Source of the DNA: Takakia lepidozioides
Lineage: Eukaryota > Plantae > Bryophyta
DNA length: 64,000 bases
NCBI GenBank assembly: GCA_030704615.1
Contig: CM060734.1
Location: 37,076,001 to 37,140,000, forward strand
Direction: 5' to 3'
Below the pieces are notes generated by a model. That model saw only the letters and a list, made by a program, of their open reading frames with translations, did not search any database and was not told the origin of the DNA. This document shows positions 52,757-64,000 of this stretch, piece after piece. The position numbers and the translations under genes are program-made. Position 1 is the first letter of the stretch; the number at the start of each line of letters is the position of its first letter.

Positions 52757-53159
52757 GCCTTCATCCAGATACTGCCACACAATAGGTGTGGTGTCCAATG
52801 GAGACAACTGAGGTGGTCCTGGTGCAATCCCCGCACTCTCCTCCTCTCCTGACGGTACAAAAGCCTCCACCCAGGCTTGTTGCACCCGTTGATCAGCATC
52901 CCGCTGCAAATCCTTGCTCGTGCCCCACAATGGAGTCTGAGCAACCATGGTAGGCAACTCCACCATACCATACATGTCATCCTGCTCTCCTGGAGGTGGC
53001 ACATCCTCTGAATGAGCGTTGCCCTCAAGCAACTCTCCAGGCCAACTCACTGCCGCTGTGAATGCTGCTAGTGTTGGCATCTTGCCTCGCTGGGCAACCG
53101 CAACTCCTCCTATGAACGTCACAGGGAGCTGCACACGTCGGCCCTCCCCTGACTGCCAT

Positions 53160-54881
53160 CTAGGCCTATAGGAAGCTGACTCCTCCCTAAAATCCAGGGT
53201 GAAGCCCATGGGGTACAACACTGCCCCACCAACAAGGACATCGTACGAGACCGTGTCTGTCACAATGGCCTTGCATCACTGAGCCATCTGTGGGGTGATC
53301 CGGCCGTAGTCTGATAGCCAACTCACGCCGTGTCATGCCCCGAGCCTGCTCTGATCCTCCCAGAGACGTTTGTATCTGGAAAGGACAAGGCTCCATATCC
53401 GCCTCCGTGTGGCCATGTTGAGCTTGCCCTTGGCCTGCACCTCGTGCCTGGCCACCTCGTCCTCTCTGGGCTGCTCCACCTTGCCCCCGGCCACCATTGT
53501 TCCCTTGGAACTGGCCTAGGCGCAACTCAGGATGCAAACCATAGCACTGGGCTTCTCCATGCCCGTACTTGCCACAATGCCCACACTGCAACTGTGCAGG
53601 CTGTGCATGTGCCGACCCTTTGCCTCCCTCTGGGCAATCCTTCTTGACATGGGGTCCTCCATATGTCCAGCACACCACATCCGTCTGTTGTTGGCCAGCA
53701 AATGAAGGGAGAGACCCCTGCATCTGAGGTCCTCTCTGCCCTTCCCTGAGCTTCACCTGAGCCCCCTTGTTGCCTTGAGCACGTTGAGGTAGTGGTTGGC
53801 TAGGAGCACCACTACCCCGTGGTGTCTCCTTAGCAACCATGACCACTCGTTCCTCCACCATGTTGAGCTCTATCCGCTCTGCCAGCAAAAAAAACATTTG
53901 CTAAGGTGGGTTGGGCCGCTTGTAGGAGAGTTGCATCCCACACCCTTATCCTCAGTTCCTTGCCCAATATCCCATACCAGAATTGGACTGCCTGAGCTTC
54001 CGTAACCCCTTGGGTTACATTTATCAAGCGCCTCATGCGAGTGAAAGCCTCCCTCGAGCTCTCGGTCAGCTTCCGTTGGAACTCTTGCAAGCTCCACAAC
54101 TTCTCTGTCCTCACCCCTTGGTAGTTCCCTCTCAACTCTTCAAGGAACTCCACAACAGGGTTGAAGGCAGGCACGGGTACTGGTGCTGGTGCGGTAGTGG
54201 CTTGGGTGGACGTCGTAGCTACGGTACCACCAGTCCTACTAGTCCCACTGCTGCTTGCTGAAGCTGCCGGTGCAGCGGCAGGTATAGCCACTGCCCTCGT
54301 GGCTCTAGTGCCCCTAGTGATGGAGACATAGTCGGGTGACCAGTACATCCTCCACTCCTCGATCTCAACCTCATGCCCCCGCCTGAATTCATGGTAACCA
54401 TCCATAGGCGGCCCCTCAAGGTGCTGAAACAGCCCCATGAAAGACGTAAATAGTTGTGGATTGCGCATTTGCTGAAATCACACCAACTATCACACTCTTG
54501 GATAAAATCATCCAACTCAATGGTGCCCACCGCCCCAAAGTACCTTCGTGGCCCTTTGGTAGCTCCATACATCTCCTCCATTGTGTACCACAACAATGGC
54601 AAGGAAACAACTTGCACCGCTGGTATGAGTCCTCCTGATTCACAATCCGAATCAGAACCTTCCGTAGAAGACACAAGAGGTGAAGGTGGCCTAAACCGCA
54701 CACCTTGTCTCGTGTACCCACTAGTATTGCTAGTGCTCAAACCGGCACTGTCCCCAGCAACTAGTGGCACCTCCGTGTTGACACTCAACCGGTCATGAAC
54801 ATGTCCGTAATCCCCTCTCCACAAGGTAACCAGGTAGAGAACATATTGCAGCTTATGATTTGGAATACTAAGTTCCAACAT
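53160..54881 (-). CDS. Gag (frameshifted) and C-terminal half of the aspartic protease
   Basis: ELDDFIQECDSWCD; LQEFQRKLTES; knuckles CWTYGGPHVKKDC (degenerate) and CGHCGKYGHGEAQC; protease tail FQIQTSLGG...SYDVLVGGAVL. No D(S/T)G found. Confidence 0.75.
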
Positions 54882-55482
54882 AGCCTACACTTGTACCTGT
54901 ATCCACCGCAAGCACTCCTATGGTTGGCTGGTCATCACCTCCAACCTCACCACAGGAGAAACAATGATGGTCTGGCTGGTCATCACCCCAGCCTCACCAT
55001 CGACAGCATGCTCTAGGACTGGCCGGTGATAAAATCCGGACCAACCACCTATAAAAACAAGCGCCCACACAAAACTAGCATGGCGCACAGTCAAGCATGC
55101 AGGTATGGAGGGGATCTAAACACAAGAAATCAGAACGACAACTCCCCCACACCAAAAACAACTCCACGGTGTTGCTCCTGCAAGGACACCCCAGCCCAAA
55201 CCCGGATTGACTCTTGCCTCCACCTACGGAAAGGTCTTGGCCTAATGAGAGGGTGGAAACTACGAGGAAGAGAAGCTAAAGCAATGCCTAACCCCAACAT
55301 GCCTCATCCCAAACACTCTTCTTCTCCTCTCTTCCCTCACTTGCATGACCATGGGATATATCATGAAGATACTCCTCAAACCGCCCTCCACGAGCTTCAA
55401 AATTCGGCCTTCAAGACTACATGCCAGTCCTTAGGCAGTCCACCAGTGCCTCCACGAGTCAGCACATGCCGTCCACAGGTCA

Positions 55483-55955
55483 ACACAGGCCACCACAGAC
55501 CAGCACAGGCCCACACAGATCACTGATCACAGCCGTCACAGCCCCACACAGGCCACAACCCATCACAACCCCAAAGGCCACATGTCACAGCCTGTCACAG
55601 CCCCCACAGCCATAGGTCACAGCCTGTCATAGCCCATCACAACCCCAAAGGCCACAGGGACAGCCTGTCACAGCCCTACAAAGGTCACAGGGTCACAGCC
55701 CCAAAGGCCACAGCCTGTCACAGCCCGTCACAGCCCCACAGGCCACAGGGCATAGCCTGTCCCAGCCCGCCACAGCCCCACAGGCCACATGGCACAGCCT
55801 GTCACAGCCCTACACAGGTCACAGGGTCACAGCCCCAAAGGCCACAGCCCCTCACAGCCCGTCACAGCCCCACAGGCCACTGGACACAGCTCGTCACAGC
55901 CCTACACAGGTCACGGGGCATAGCCTGTCACAGCCCATCACAGCCCCACAGGCCA
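55483..55955. repeat. Short-unit tandem array (GTCACAGCCC/GGCCACA) in the retrotransposon 5' leader
   Basis: Dozens of cacagccc / gtcacagc / ggccaca units with larger repeated blocks. Confidence 0.9.
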
Positions 55956-57199
55956 CTCATGACAGTTTAGCCATTTCTCCAAGGGGTTTAGCCACGCCAA
56001 GCTAGGGTTTGTGTCTCTTGGATTCTAGGCTTCTTTGCACCAAGCTATGGCGGCTGTGAAGAAATCAGCAAGGTATTCTTGCTCTTTCAGCTCCCACACA
56101 CCACCAATAGTAGCCCTTAAGCCATGAGGAAGATGATTGCCACAAACCAAGCTTTCTTTCTCACTTAGACTCCCCAAACACGCCACTAAACTCAATGGCA
56201 AACAACCAAGCCTTGCTGGTTTCCAGCCCTTGTGAGCACTCATTCAAGCGTTTCCCTTGGCCATAACATCTGTCTTAGAGCCTATTCTAGCCCCCTACAC
56301 CTGCCACTTCAAGAGCCATGCTCTATCTAGGCTTGAGGTTGAAACCCCAACTCAGAACACGCTCTACAAGTGTCGGACTGTCACATAAGAGCAGATCAGC
56401 CCCTTACCTTCTCTTCTAGTTCTCTAAAGCTTGAAAGCATTCTCCACACATGCCCTACAGGGAAACCAGCCCCTTCCTTCCTTTCTTGCACTCCCAAACC
56501 TCAAAGTACAAGCCTTCAACAGGCTGAAAGCATGCTCCACACATGCATTGCTCTCACATAAGGGAAGTCAGCCCTTCCCTCTTCCTTGCTTGCCCTCCAA
56601 GCTTGAAGATGGAAGCTTCAATGAGCTGAATACATGCTCCACACATGCAACCTCTTCACACAAGAGGTATCAGCCCCCTATCTTGGCTCCTTAGCTCCTT
56701 GATGCTCTCTAAGACAAGACTAAGCACTCCACAACCCTTGCCAAGCTCCTGAAACCCTAAGGCTTACATTTCCAGCCACAAGACACTCCTCTTGTGGTGC
56801 AAGAGCTCTTCTTCCAAGCTGTGAAACCCTAGGTGCACATTCCATGGCCTTGCCGCACCTCTTAGCTCTTGTTCTAGCCCTACTCTTGCCATGACAAGAG
56901 CCCTCTCAATGCTGAAGCTCGAGATTGAAACCCAATCTCAACATACTCCACAAAGTGCACTGATTTGCCCCAAGCCAAATCAGCACTTTCGCTTGGTCTT
57001 GCAATCCTGCAGCATAGTGCTTTCATCTCTGAAGCTGAAGATCGAATGCCAAGGTCTACCACCTCGTAACCCACATCGCCTCCGCTTCTAACAACCAAGA
57101 GTTCCACGGTGCTCCTTACATAACAACCTGGTTTCTCTCATTCTCAAGCAAAAACCACAAGTGCTACAACTAACTCGTATCTGACACTCACAGATACGA

Positions 57200-57215
57200 G
57201 CTCATCTTTCTCGAG
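57200..57215 (-). other. Putative primer-binding site complementary to the element's own LTR
   Basis: CTCGAGAAAGATGAGC immediately follows the LTR-terminal CA on the minus strand. It is 15/16 complementary to LTR positions 47781-47766 and does not begin with the TGG expected of a tRNA PBS. Confidence 0.7.
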
Positions 57216-57290
57216 TGATAAAGAAGAAGAATACAAGCACAAGCTCATGCGATCTCACAAAGCTGAAGCATAAACTCATGCATATATAAC
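57216..57290 (-). repeat. Partial LTR (last 75 bp, U5 end)
   Basis: tgataaagaagaagaatacaagcacaagctcatg...catatataac matches 47601-47675 with 3 mismatches. Confidence 0.9.
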
Positions 57291-57540
57291 GTTGGTCCGA
57301 AGCTGTGGGAAGAGCTGCACACAGGGACACCCACGCTTTTATCTCCTTAGTCATCACATCCCAATAGATATTATAGAGCGTGGATCTGGTGTTGGGGTTT
57401 ACCCTCAAAAAGCGATGAGCATCGAGCTTTCCGGATGGCCCACGAGAAGGCCCACGTGGCAAAACACTCGACCAGGTGAAGCACCTTGGGTGCTTCTTAC
57501 ACCTAAACCGGATGTGGAGCGTTACAAACAGAAAGCTCAC
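57291..57540 (+). mobile_element. Probable continuation of the interrupted L1 (C-terminal region)
   Basis: W..KLW...PRFYLLSHHIP pattern resembles the L1 C-terminal region; weak and frameshifted. Confidence 0.45.
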
Positions 57541-60500
57541 TGATCACCTGAGTTGAAACAACTTCTTCAATAGACCTCAAATAGATGTGGAGAGGATCTA
57601 ATTTACATTAGAAAACATCTATAGATTTTTGGTCAGGTCCCAAAAACTCAATCCAGGGTAGGTAGATTTCTTTTTTCTGCAGCTACCCCCCCAAGTTTGG
57701 GTGGGTGGGCTCCATAACAATTAAAATGTTGGCACTTCTACTGTTCAACACGTTGGCCTGTGCATAACCTGAGTGACCCTGGGTTCAATCCTTCAACCCT
57801 CCAGTGGTCCCTACAAGGCCTATCTGGAGGGCTAAGCACACTTGTAACGTTTGTAACTGGTGGGAAGTTTGAAAGTGGGGGTAGCCGAAGGTTTGCGAGC
57901 AATAAATGCGCAGCGATGGTGGGTGGAGTGTCAAGCCACAAAGATTTGCAATACATGCCCCAACACGGAGATCGCTGACATAATTGTGGGCTGTAAATGT
58001 TGCGTGACTGTGGATCGTGAAGACGGTGTGATCGAGTGCTTGCCGGGGAGAGAGAAGTTTGGACAGGATTGGCGCAGCTTTGTGACGCTACATTTATGAG
58101 CACAGTCCTCGGATTTTTTCTTCTGTAAGCAGCACCAGTCTGAATTGTTCTTTCTCACTTTTGCTTGTGTTATCCCTGTTAGACCCCACCAAACAGCTCC
58201 TCCACCTGCTTTTAAAATCACCTCCCAGTCTCTGTGAGCATAGAGTCATACGGTATATCTTTCAGTTGTTCTGGATAGTGTAGAAGCAAGTGGTATACGT
58301 AAACTTCTGGCCGACTCCTGAATAACCCGTTTTCGCAAGCATGTAAAGTTTCACACAGTCAACCGACGTTGCCCATCTCCCAGCAGCTCTGTTGTATTGC
58401 ACAAAGCAGATTTCATCAGGACGGATACACACACATTGCAGATCCGTAACGTCGGTCTGTTACTGGGAGAATCTGGGCACGGCTGGAAAAGGTATTGTCC
58501 AAGAGCTCCATTGCTTTGTGCAGAGAGTAGTGGTGGTAATGTACGTTTGTTCATGTAGTCCAAATTGTTCGGGTTGAATTTATCAATGTTAACGTAGGTT
58601 GAGCATTGTCAGAGAGAAGTTTACGTGGCAGTAGACTCGGATGACGAGTGTTGGACGATGCAACCATCGTCGCAAAGCTCTATTTGTCTGTCGCCGGCAA
58701 GTGCCAATGCCCAGATTGAAGCTGCGTTCGTGTTTACAGTGTCATGTGAGACTTAAGTTCTTGACTCCATTTGATGGATGCAATTGAGATTGAAAATAGA
58801 AGCTAGTTGATGGATGCTAGTCTTTGGTTGCATGTAAAAGGGCAGCGCGTGGAATCTTCCTTGAGGTCAAACGCAGCGATGGAGTCTGGAAGGTTTGCAT
58901 GGCTAGAGTGCGGTGACACTTTTGAGGTGCTACTCTTAAAACCTTGGATCATGGGTAGCTCTGGAAGTCGAGTATGCAAAACAGACTTTCAAGATTTAAA
59001 TACAGAATCTGTTGCCCCGTTGGAATCTGCAATGTAACTCGGGTTGGAGACAGTCCATGTCTGTGTGTGTACGTGGGAGAGATCTGAGAAGGAGATACAG
59101 AGAGTTGGTGTGCCACGGCTTGTTGGTTATCAAAACGCGCTGGGAAGCTGTAATCTGAGGAGAAATTCCTTGTCCTGGTTTGAACTTAGATATGGATTGC
59201 AGGCATTCTCCAGAGAAAAGCAAAGAGAGGGACTTGGAAACATATTACTCAATGCCGTTTCATATGTTTTTATGTTCCTCTGTCTTAAGTCAGAACATCT
59301 TGCTGTGCTATCACAAATGAGTTGAATCTGGAAGACAGATGTAGGTGATTTTATACTAGGAGTATGGTTTCGAAGTCTATACTCACCGGAAGCAGGTGGA
59401 AGCTTCTAGCGTTCCTTAGCAATCACAATCAAATTGCAGAAGAGCCTGAGAACTAGGGCCAAATTGAGCTAATGTTCTGTGGTTGTGAATTCATAATGCC
59501 CAGACCTCTGAATTTCTCAAGCATCCGAGTCCCAAGTATGAAGGTGGACCAAGTTATATCTGTTCTTTGTGATTGTGGGGGATTCCAGGATAAAGTGGCA
59601 TTCCTCATGGCCGCGTCCATGACATTGGGCTACTGGGGCTATCTCTCCATTGTGGCCCTTAAGGAATTCTTACAGGTATTTCTCTCCCAGCTAAGAAAAG
59701 AGCAGGTGGGCATTAGCTCATCGCTCGTTGTTTTATCCTGGGGTGGGGTATCTGGCAGCTTCAGAAGTCTTTGTTACTTTGTAGAGTTGGGGGGGAGCAT
59801 ACTAGGATGCTGTACCTCCGAGCAAGGTAGGATCACAGACCCTAAACCCTAAACTGTACGATTGTGCTGGAAGATGATTTTGGCAGACCAGGTCATATGA
59901 GTCAATAAGATTTTTTGAAGGAAAAAAGGACCCTCACAGATGCTCAGGTTTGTGGAAAAGTGTTGCCAAACTTGCATGAATATAATCTTGTCAATGTCCA
60001 ATTTACTTCTGAAGTTGGTCATTTATGAAGAACCAGATTTGGGTAGGTCAGCTTTACAGCTCCAAGCGTTGAGATTGAAAAATTGTTTCAAACAGCCTCT
60101 CTGGGAGGGGGTGGCTGCAGGTAGTGCCTGAAAGGAAGCTACAATGGCAGCCTGCAATGGTAAAGGCTGTGTCGCGGGCCATCACTAATCTTCCATGGCT
60201 TCTCACAATTTCAGCCACAGGAGCACCTATTCTTAATTGGATATTGGATCTTCAGTCGAGCTTTATGAACACATGGTTGCATCTCTTTCTATTGGCTGTG
60301 GCTGCTGAGTGCCTATTGACTTCTCTGAACTCTGTTACAATATTTGGCTGCGCCATTCTTGCCGCTTTTGGCTTCCAGGTACTGGACGCTAGAACTTGTG
60401 ATTCTTTCTGTGAGATACTTCCTGACATGCCCCTCATGTGACTTGATTTCAAGTTTAGTTAGACCCATCAAATTATGAAATTGCCTATCGAGCAGTCTCC

Positions 60501-62669
60501 TGACAAGTTTAGGGGACCCATTAGAAAAAAACATGTTGGTCAACTAGGCCGATGAGGTATTCCTTCATCTGATAGATGATGCAGGCTATTGGTTACATGC
60601 ATGAAACACAAGCGTAAATAGCACCTTGCCTGGTAGGATTTCAGCGAACACAGGCTCCGCGTGATGGTTCTCCCAGCTGGGACCGGAAGACAAGTAATAT
60701 CATCAAGGACCCAGTGATTCAGCATCTGGAGGCCGGGCATACTGTCTGACAGGACATGAACTGTCCAAATCCATAGTTGAGAGTGCCAGAGATTGAGAGC
60801 CTTGTAAGGGGTTGCTTGGGCTGAAGTAGCCTCATCAAGCATAGGATCTTGTGGGTTTACTCGAAGATCTGTAAAGAGTTCATGAAGAGAAGCATGCAGG
60901 TGTTTCTTCTGTGCGGGATGCTGTAAGTCTTTGCCTGACAAATTGCTCCTGAGCAATTCTGTCCAAGTAGGCTGACATCACTCTTATCTTCATGTCTGTC
61001 CCGAAGCTGTTTTGCTGGGGGAAGGGCTAGGGACGTCATTGAACTCTCTGATAGTCAGGCGGCAGAGAGACAAAACCCATTGCTCATGGATTCAACTTGG
61101 GGGGGAGATGTTGTTCTTGACACATTTAGATTCGGAGCTTATTCCCTTCACTGTATTGTGAAAGTGTTTGTGGATGTTGCTGTACTCAGTCCACTCTTGT
61201 GACCTGAATTATCCCAGATATATTTGGCCTTGAATCTAAGCTTAAGCTAGTATCATCCTCCTATATGAGAGAGAGCATTTCCCTCCATTGAAGGGGCCTA
61301 CACTTGGTTGTGTGACAGGGTTTGAGGGAGATATTTGTATTTCTATTAAGTGCCAGTGCCACACCAATCTGGATTGATCCTGTGTCTGTTGTCATCAATG
61401 TGCACGGATACCAGAAGGTATGAGGGCCTTGATCTGTTTCTCAGAGAAATGTTTTGATTGAAATGAGCGCTTGCTGATGTGAGCTGGTGAATAATTTTGT
61501 TTAGGATGCCTGGCAGAATTGTCTTGCTAGTTGATAGCACAAATCATCTCAAAATTCGGTTGAATGGATATGTAATGTCTTTGTTTAGTGCAACATCTGT
61601 GATGTACTGTTGCAAAATTCTAACTTTGTTTTGTGTTTCCACTAGAATTCAAGCTATCTGTCTGGCTTTGGAGAAATGGCCAGGGGAAAGCATGAATGGA
61701 CATCTTCCTTCGTTACCCAGTGGGTTCAAGGCAACCTGGATGAAAGAAATTGGGCATACCTTAGTTCTCTTTTCGTCACCCTTATAGGGTATAAGGTCTT
61801 GCATAACATCATCCAATGGATTTTACCTCACATCATACCAAGGCTTGCTCTTTGCACATTGAGCTGGTATGAGGATGTGTATGGTACTATTACTGCAGAT
61901 TCTTTGAAGTCCAAAAAGATCTTATAACTGAAGCTGACACTGGTGAAAAGTCTTCAGGGGTTTTACCAGAAACTTTTGCAGGAACTTAAATGTAGAGAAG
62001 AGATTGTATAGTTAACACATGGGTCAAAAGTAGGTAAGTTCCTGTGGTTGTATATGACATCTGTCTTGGTATTGGTTGTAAATGGTACAGACCCATTCAT
62101 GTTCAAGAGCTTTTCATAAGAAGAATACCTTATTTCTGTGTCTTGCAAAGTTTTTGGTTAGCAAAGAAATGTTCAATCATGTGCTCCTTTTTCCCCTCCA
62201 TGATTGTCACCTTTCCTAGGATTGTTGTACAAATTGAATTTACTCCTCAGGTTCCCTGAATGAAGTAGAATCACACTTATTTCCTACTCTTATCTTTTGG
62301 CAATTTCAAACTACACATGCCTCTGAAGTCACAGCACATCATCTAAACATATCGAAGGACAGTAATCCACAAACCAGCACTTTTAAGTGCTTTCTCAGAT
62401 GGCCCTTGTGTATGGAGAGTAAAGGCGATCACAATATATGGTCTGCAGTTTGTAAGGTGCCACTGGCAACTAATTGAACTCACCTCTCAGAGATACAACA
62501 CTAAACCACAAAATGTTTACAGGGTTGGATTAGCAAGCTGGACTGGCAAGTACCACTGATGCTCTTTTGCTTTCAGCAGAGTGAATCCAAGAAATCGCGT
62601 GGATGAAGTTAATTAATCAGAATGAATATATCACAAGAGCATGGCTATCTTTCTCCCCAAGACAAAGTG

Positions 62670-63386
62670 TCACTGAAAGGGGTTGAACAAAGGACTTGCC
62701 ACCAAATTCAAGGAATTCTTCATCCGTGAAATGAGTTTGAAGGTCTCCTCAGCCTCCACTTGGCGCCGAGGATCACCTTGTGCCAGGGCTGAAGCGCGGT
62801 CAGGGTGAAACCGTAGCAATGCCCGCTTGTATGCCGCATTGACCTACAGAAGATAAAATTGGACTATCAATGGAGTGAAAATATGAGCCCTTAGTCACTG
62901 ACACTGCTATAACACAAATGAGAGACCGAGTTCATATCCGATGACACTTGAGAATCAGGTATAAATAGTCACATAATCATGTCAGCAGTATGATGATCAT
63001 TCTACCACAAAACACGAGTTTGGGATCATCAGTTGGTTTGAACTTCCACACAAGTTTAGCATTAGCTCACAGAGACCTTAAGATTTGTCACCCAACAAAA
63101 GACTATCGAGTACATGCCGATGGCCTGAATGTCCTAACCTACAACAAATGTTACTTTCAGGATAGCCGAAAGCATAGTACAACCAAGGTGAACAACATTC
63201 AAAGACAAGCAGACGAGACAAATGCCACCAAATCACCTGCTGTACAGTGGGATATGCTCCACCCTCAACAGAGATTCCTAGTCGACGAAGCAGAGAGGCC
63301 ATATCGATGCACCCAGATGCCAAGCGTTCAAGTTCTGTCCGAACTTGACCACGTACCTCCTCCTTCAACCCCATGTTCCATTCCTC
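62670..63386 (-). CDS. Last two exons of a C-terminal J-domain (DnaJ-like, HPD) protein; upstream exons not identified
   Basis: Exon 63386-63237 EEWNMGLKEEVRGQVRTELERLASGCIDMASLLRRLGISVEGGAYPTVQQ; GT-AG intron; exon 62843-62670 VNAAYKRALLRFHPDRASALAQGDPRRQVEAEETFKLISRMK...FQ*. Confidence 0.88.
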
Positions 63387-64000
63387 CTACAGAATGTATC
63401 CAAGGGCACAAACAGGTTCTTTTCAGTCAGCAGACTTTCCCAATCTTGTGGATGTCATTGAAGGAGGGCACGTTTTCCAAGCAGTGTGGTCAAATCTCTC
63501 TTTCCAGTGTTATTTTCTTTGTTTGTTACATGCTAATCCCGTATGTCTGCATGCTGTGTGAGAACAGGCATGTAACCACCTTTCTGTAGACGTTATGAAG
63601 TTTTTCATTCTCTCTCTTTCTCTCTTGCTCTGTCACATCTATCTGTGGCTAGATTCTTAGCATACTTTCAAACATGACTTGTGAGGGCACAATCCCGTGG
63701 ACTGATTGTTGTCAGCTGTGTGTGAGCACCACGGAAATTGGGGACAAGTATGGTATACACCTGGTGAGCACCCCACAAATGGGGGTTTGTATGGTGGGTA
63801 CTACACCCTCAACAGTGTGTGATAGCCAACGTTCAAAAGAAACGATCCATGGATATATCCTTTCTCTCACTCTCTGACCACAAGCTGTGCACCAAATGTA
63901 CAGTCTCTGTCTTTCTGTGTCCAGAGTTTCTGTGGGTCCTACGGCCACCAGGCTACAGCAAGCAAAGACATGATTACACTGTCCTCTCTGGTAGCACTGC

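Larger units (their letters stand above)
47412..57290 (-). mobile_element. Ty3/Gypsy LTR retrotransposon carrying a C5-cytosine DNA methyltransferase and a PHD finger (degenerate copy)
   Basis: Minus-strand order: partial LTR, PBS, long leader, gag (zinc knuckles), partial PR, DNMT, RT, RNase H, integrase, PHD, PPT, full LTR, partial LTR. Confidence 0.93.

Noticed and set aside
47412-57290. DIRS/Ngaro tyrosine-recombinase element
   Set aside because: It has a clear HHCC-DDE integrase, PPT and TG...CA LTR, and no tyrosine recombinase motifs were seen.

Overview
Repeat-rich nuclear DNA from a plant, probably a non-flowering land plant (inference; the species cannot be named from the sequence). 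Host genes: an intact intron-containing histone H3.3 (4273-5249), a small At4g28170-like membrane-protein gene with two frameshifts (15821-16880), a 13-exon saccharopine-dehydrogenase-like oxidoreductase gene (18382-38947), and the 3' end of a J-domain gene on the minus strand (62670-63386). Three introns of the oxidoreductase are inflated by sense-oriented copies of an RTEX-like LINE that ends in and inserts into (CT)n. The standout is a minus-strand Ty3/Gypsy element (47412-57290) inserted in an old L1. Its pol carries a DNMT3-like C5-cytosine methyltransferase between protease and RT, and a PHD finger at the integrase C-terminus. Its PBS is complementary to its own LTR (Tf1-style self-priming), and its LTR layout looks like a permuted 2-LTR circle with no TSD. 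Many frameshifts fall in homopolymers, so some may be long-read consensus errors.
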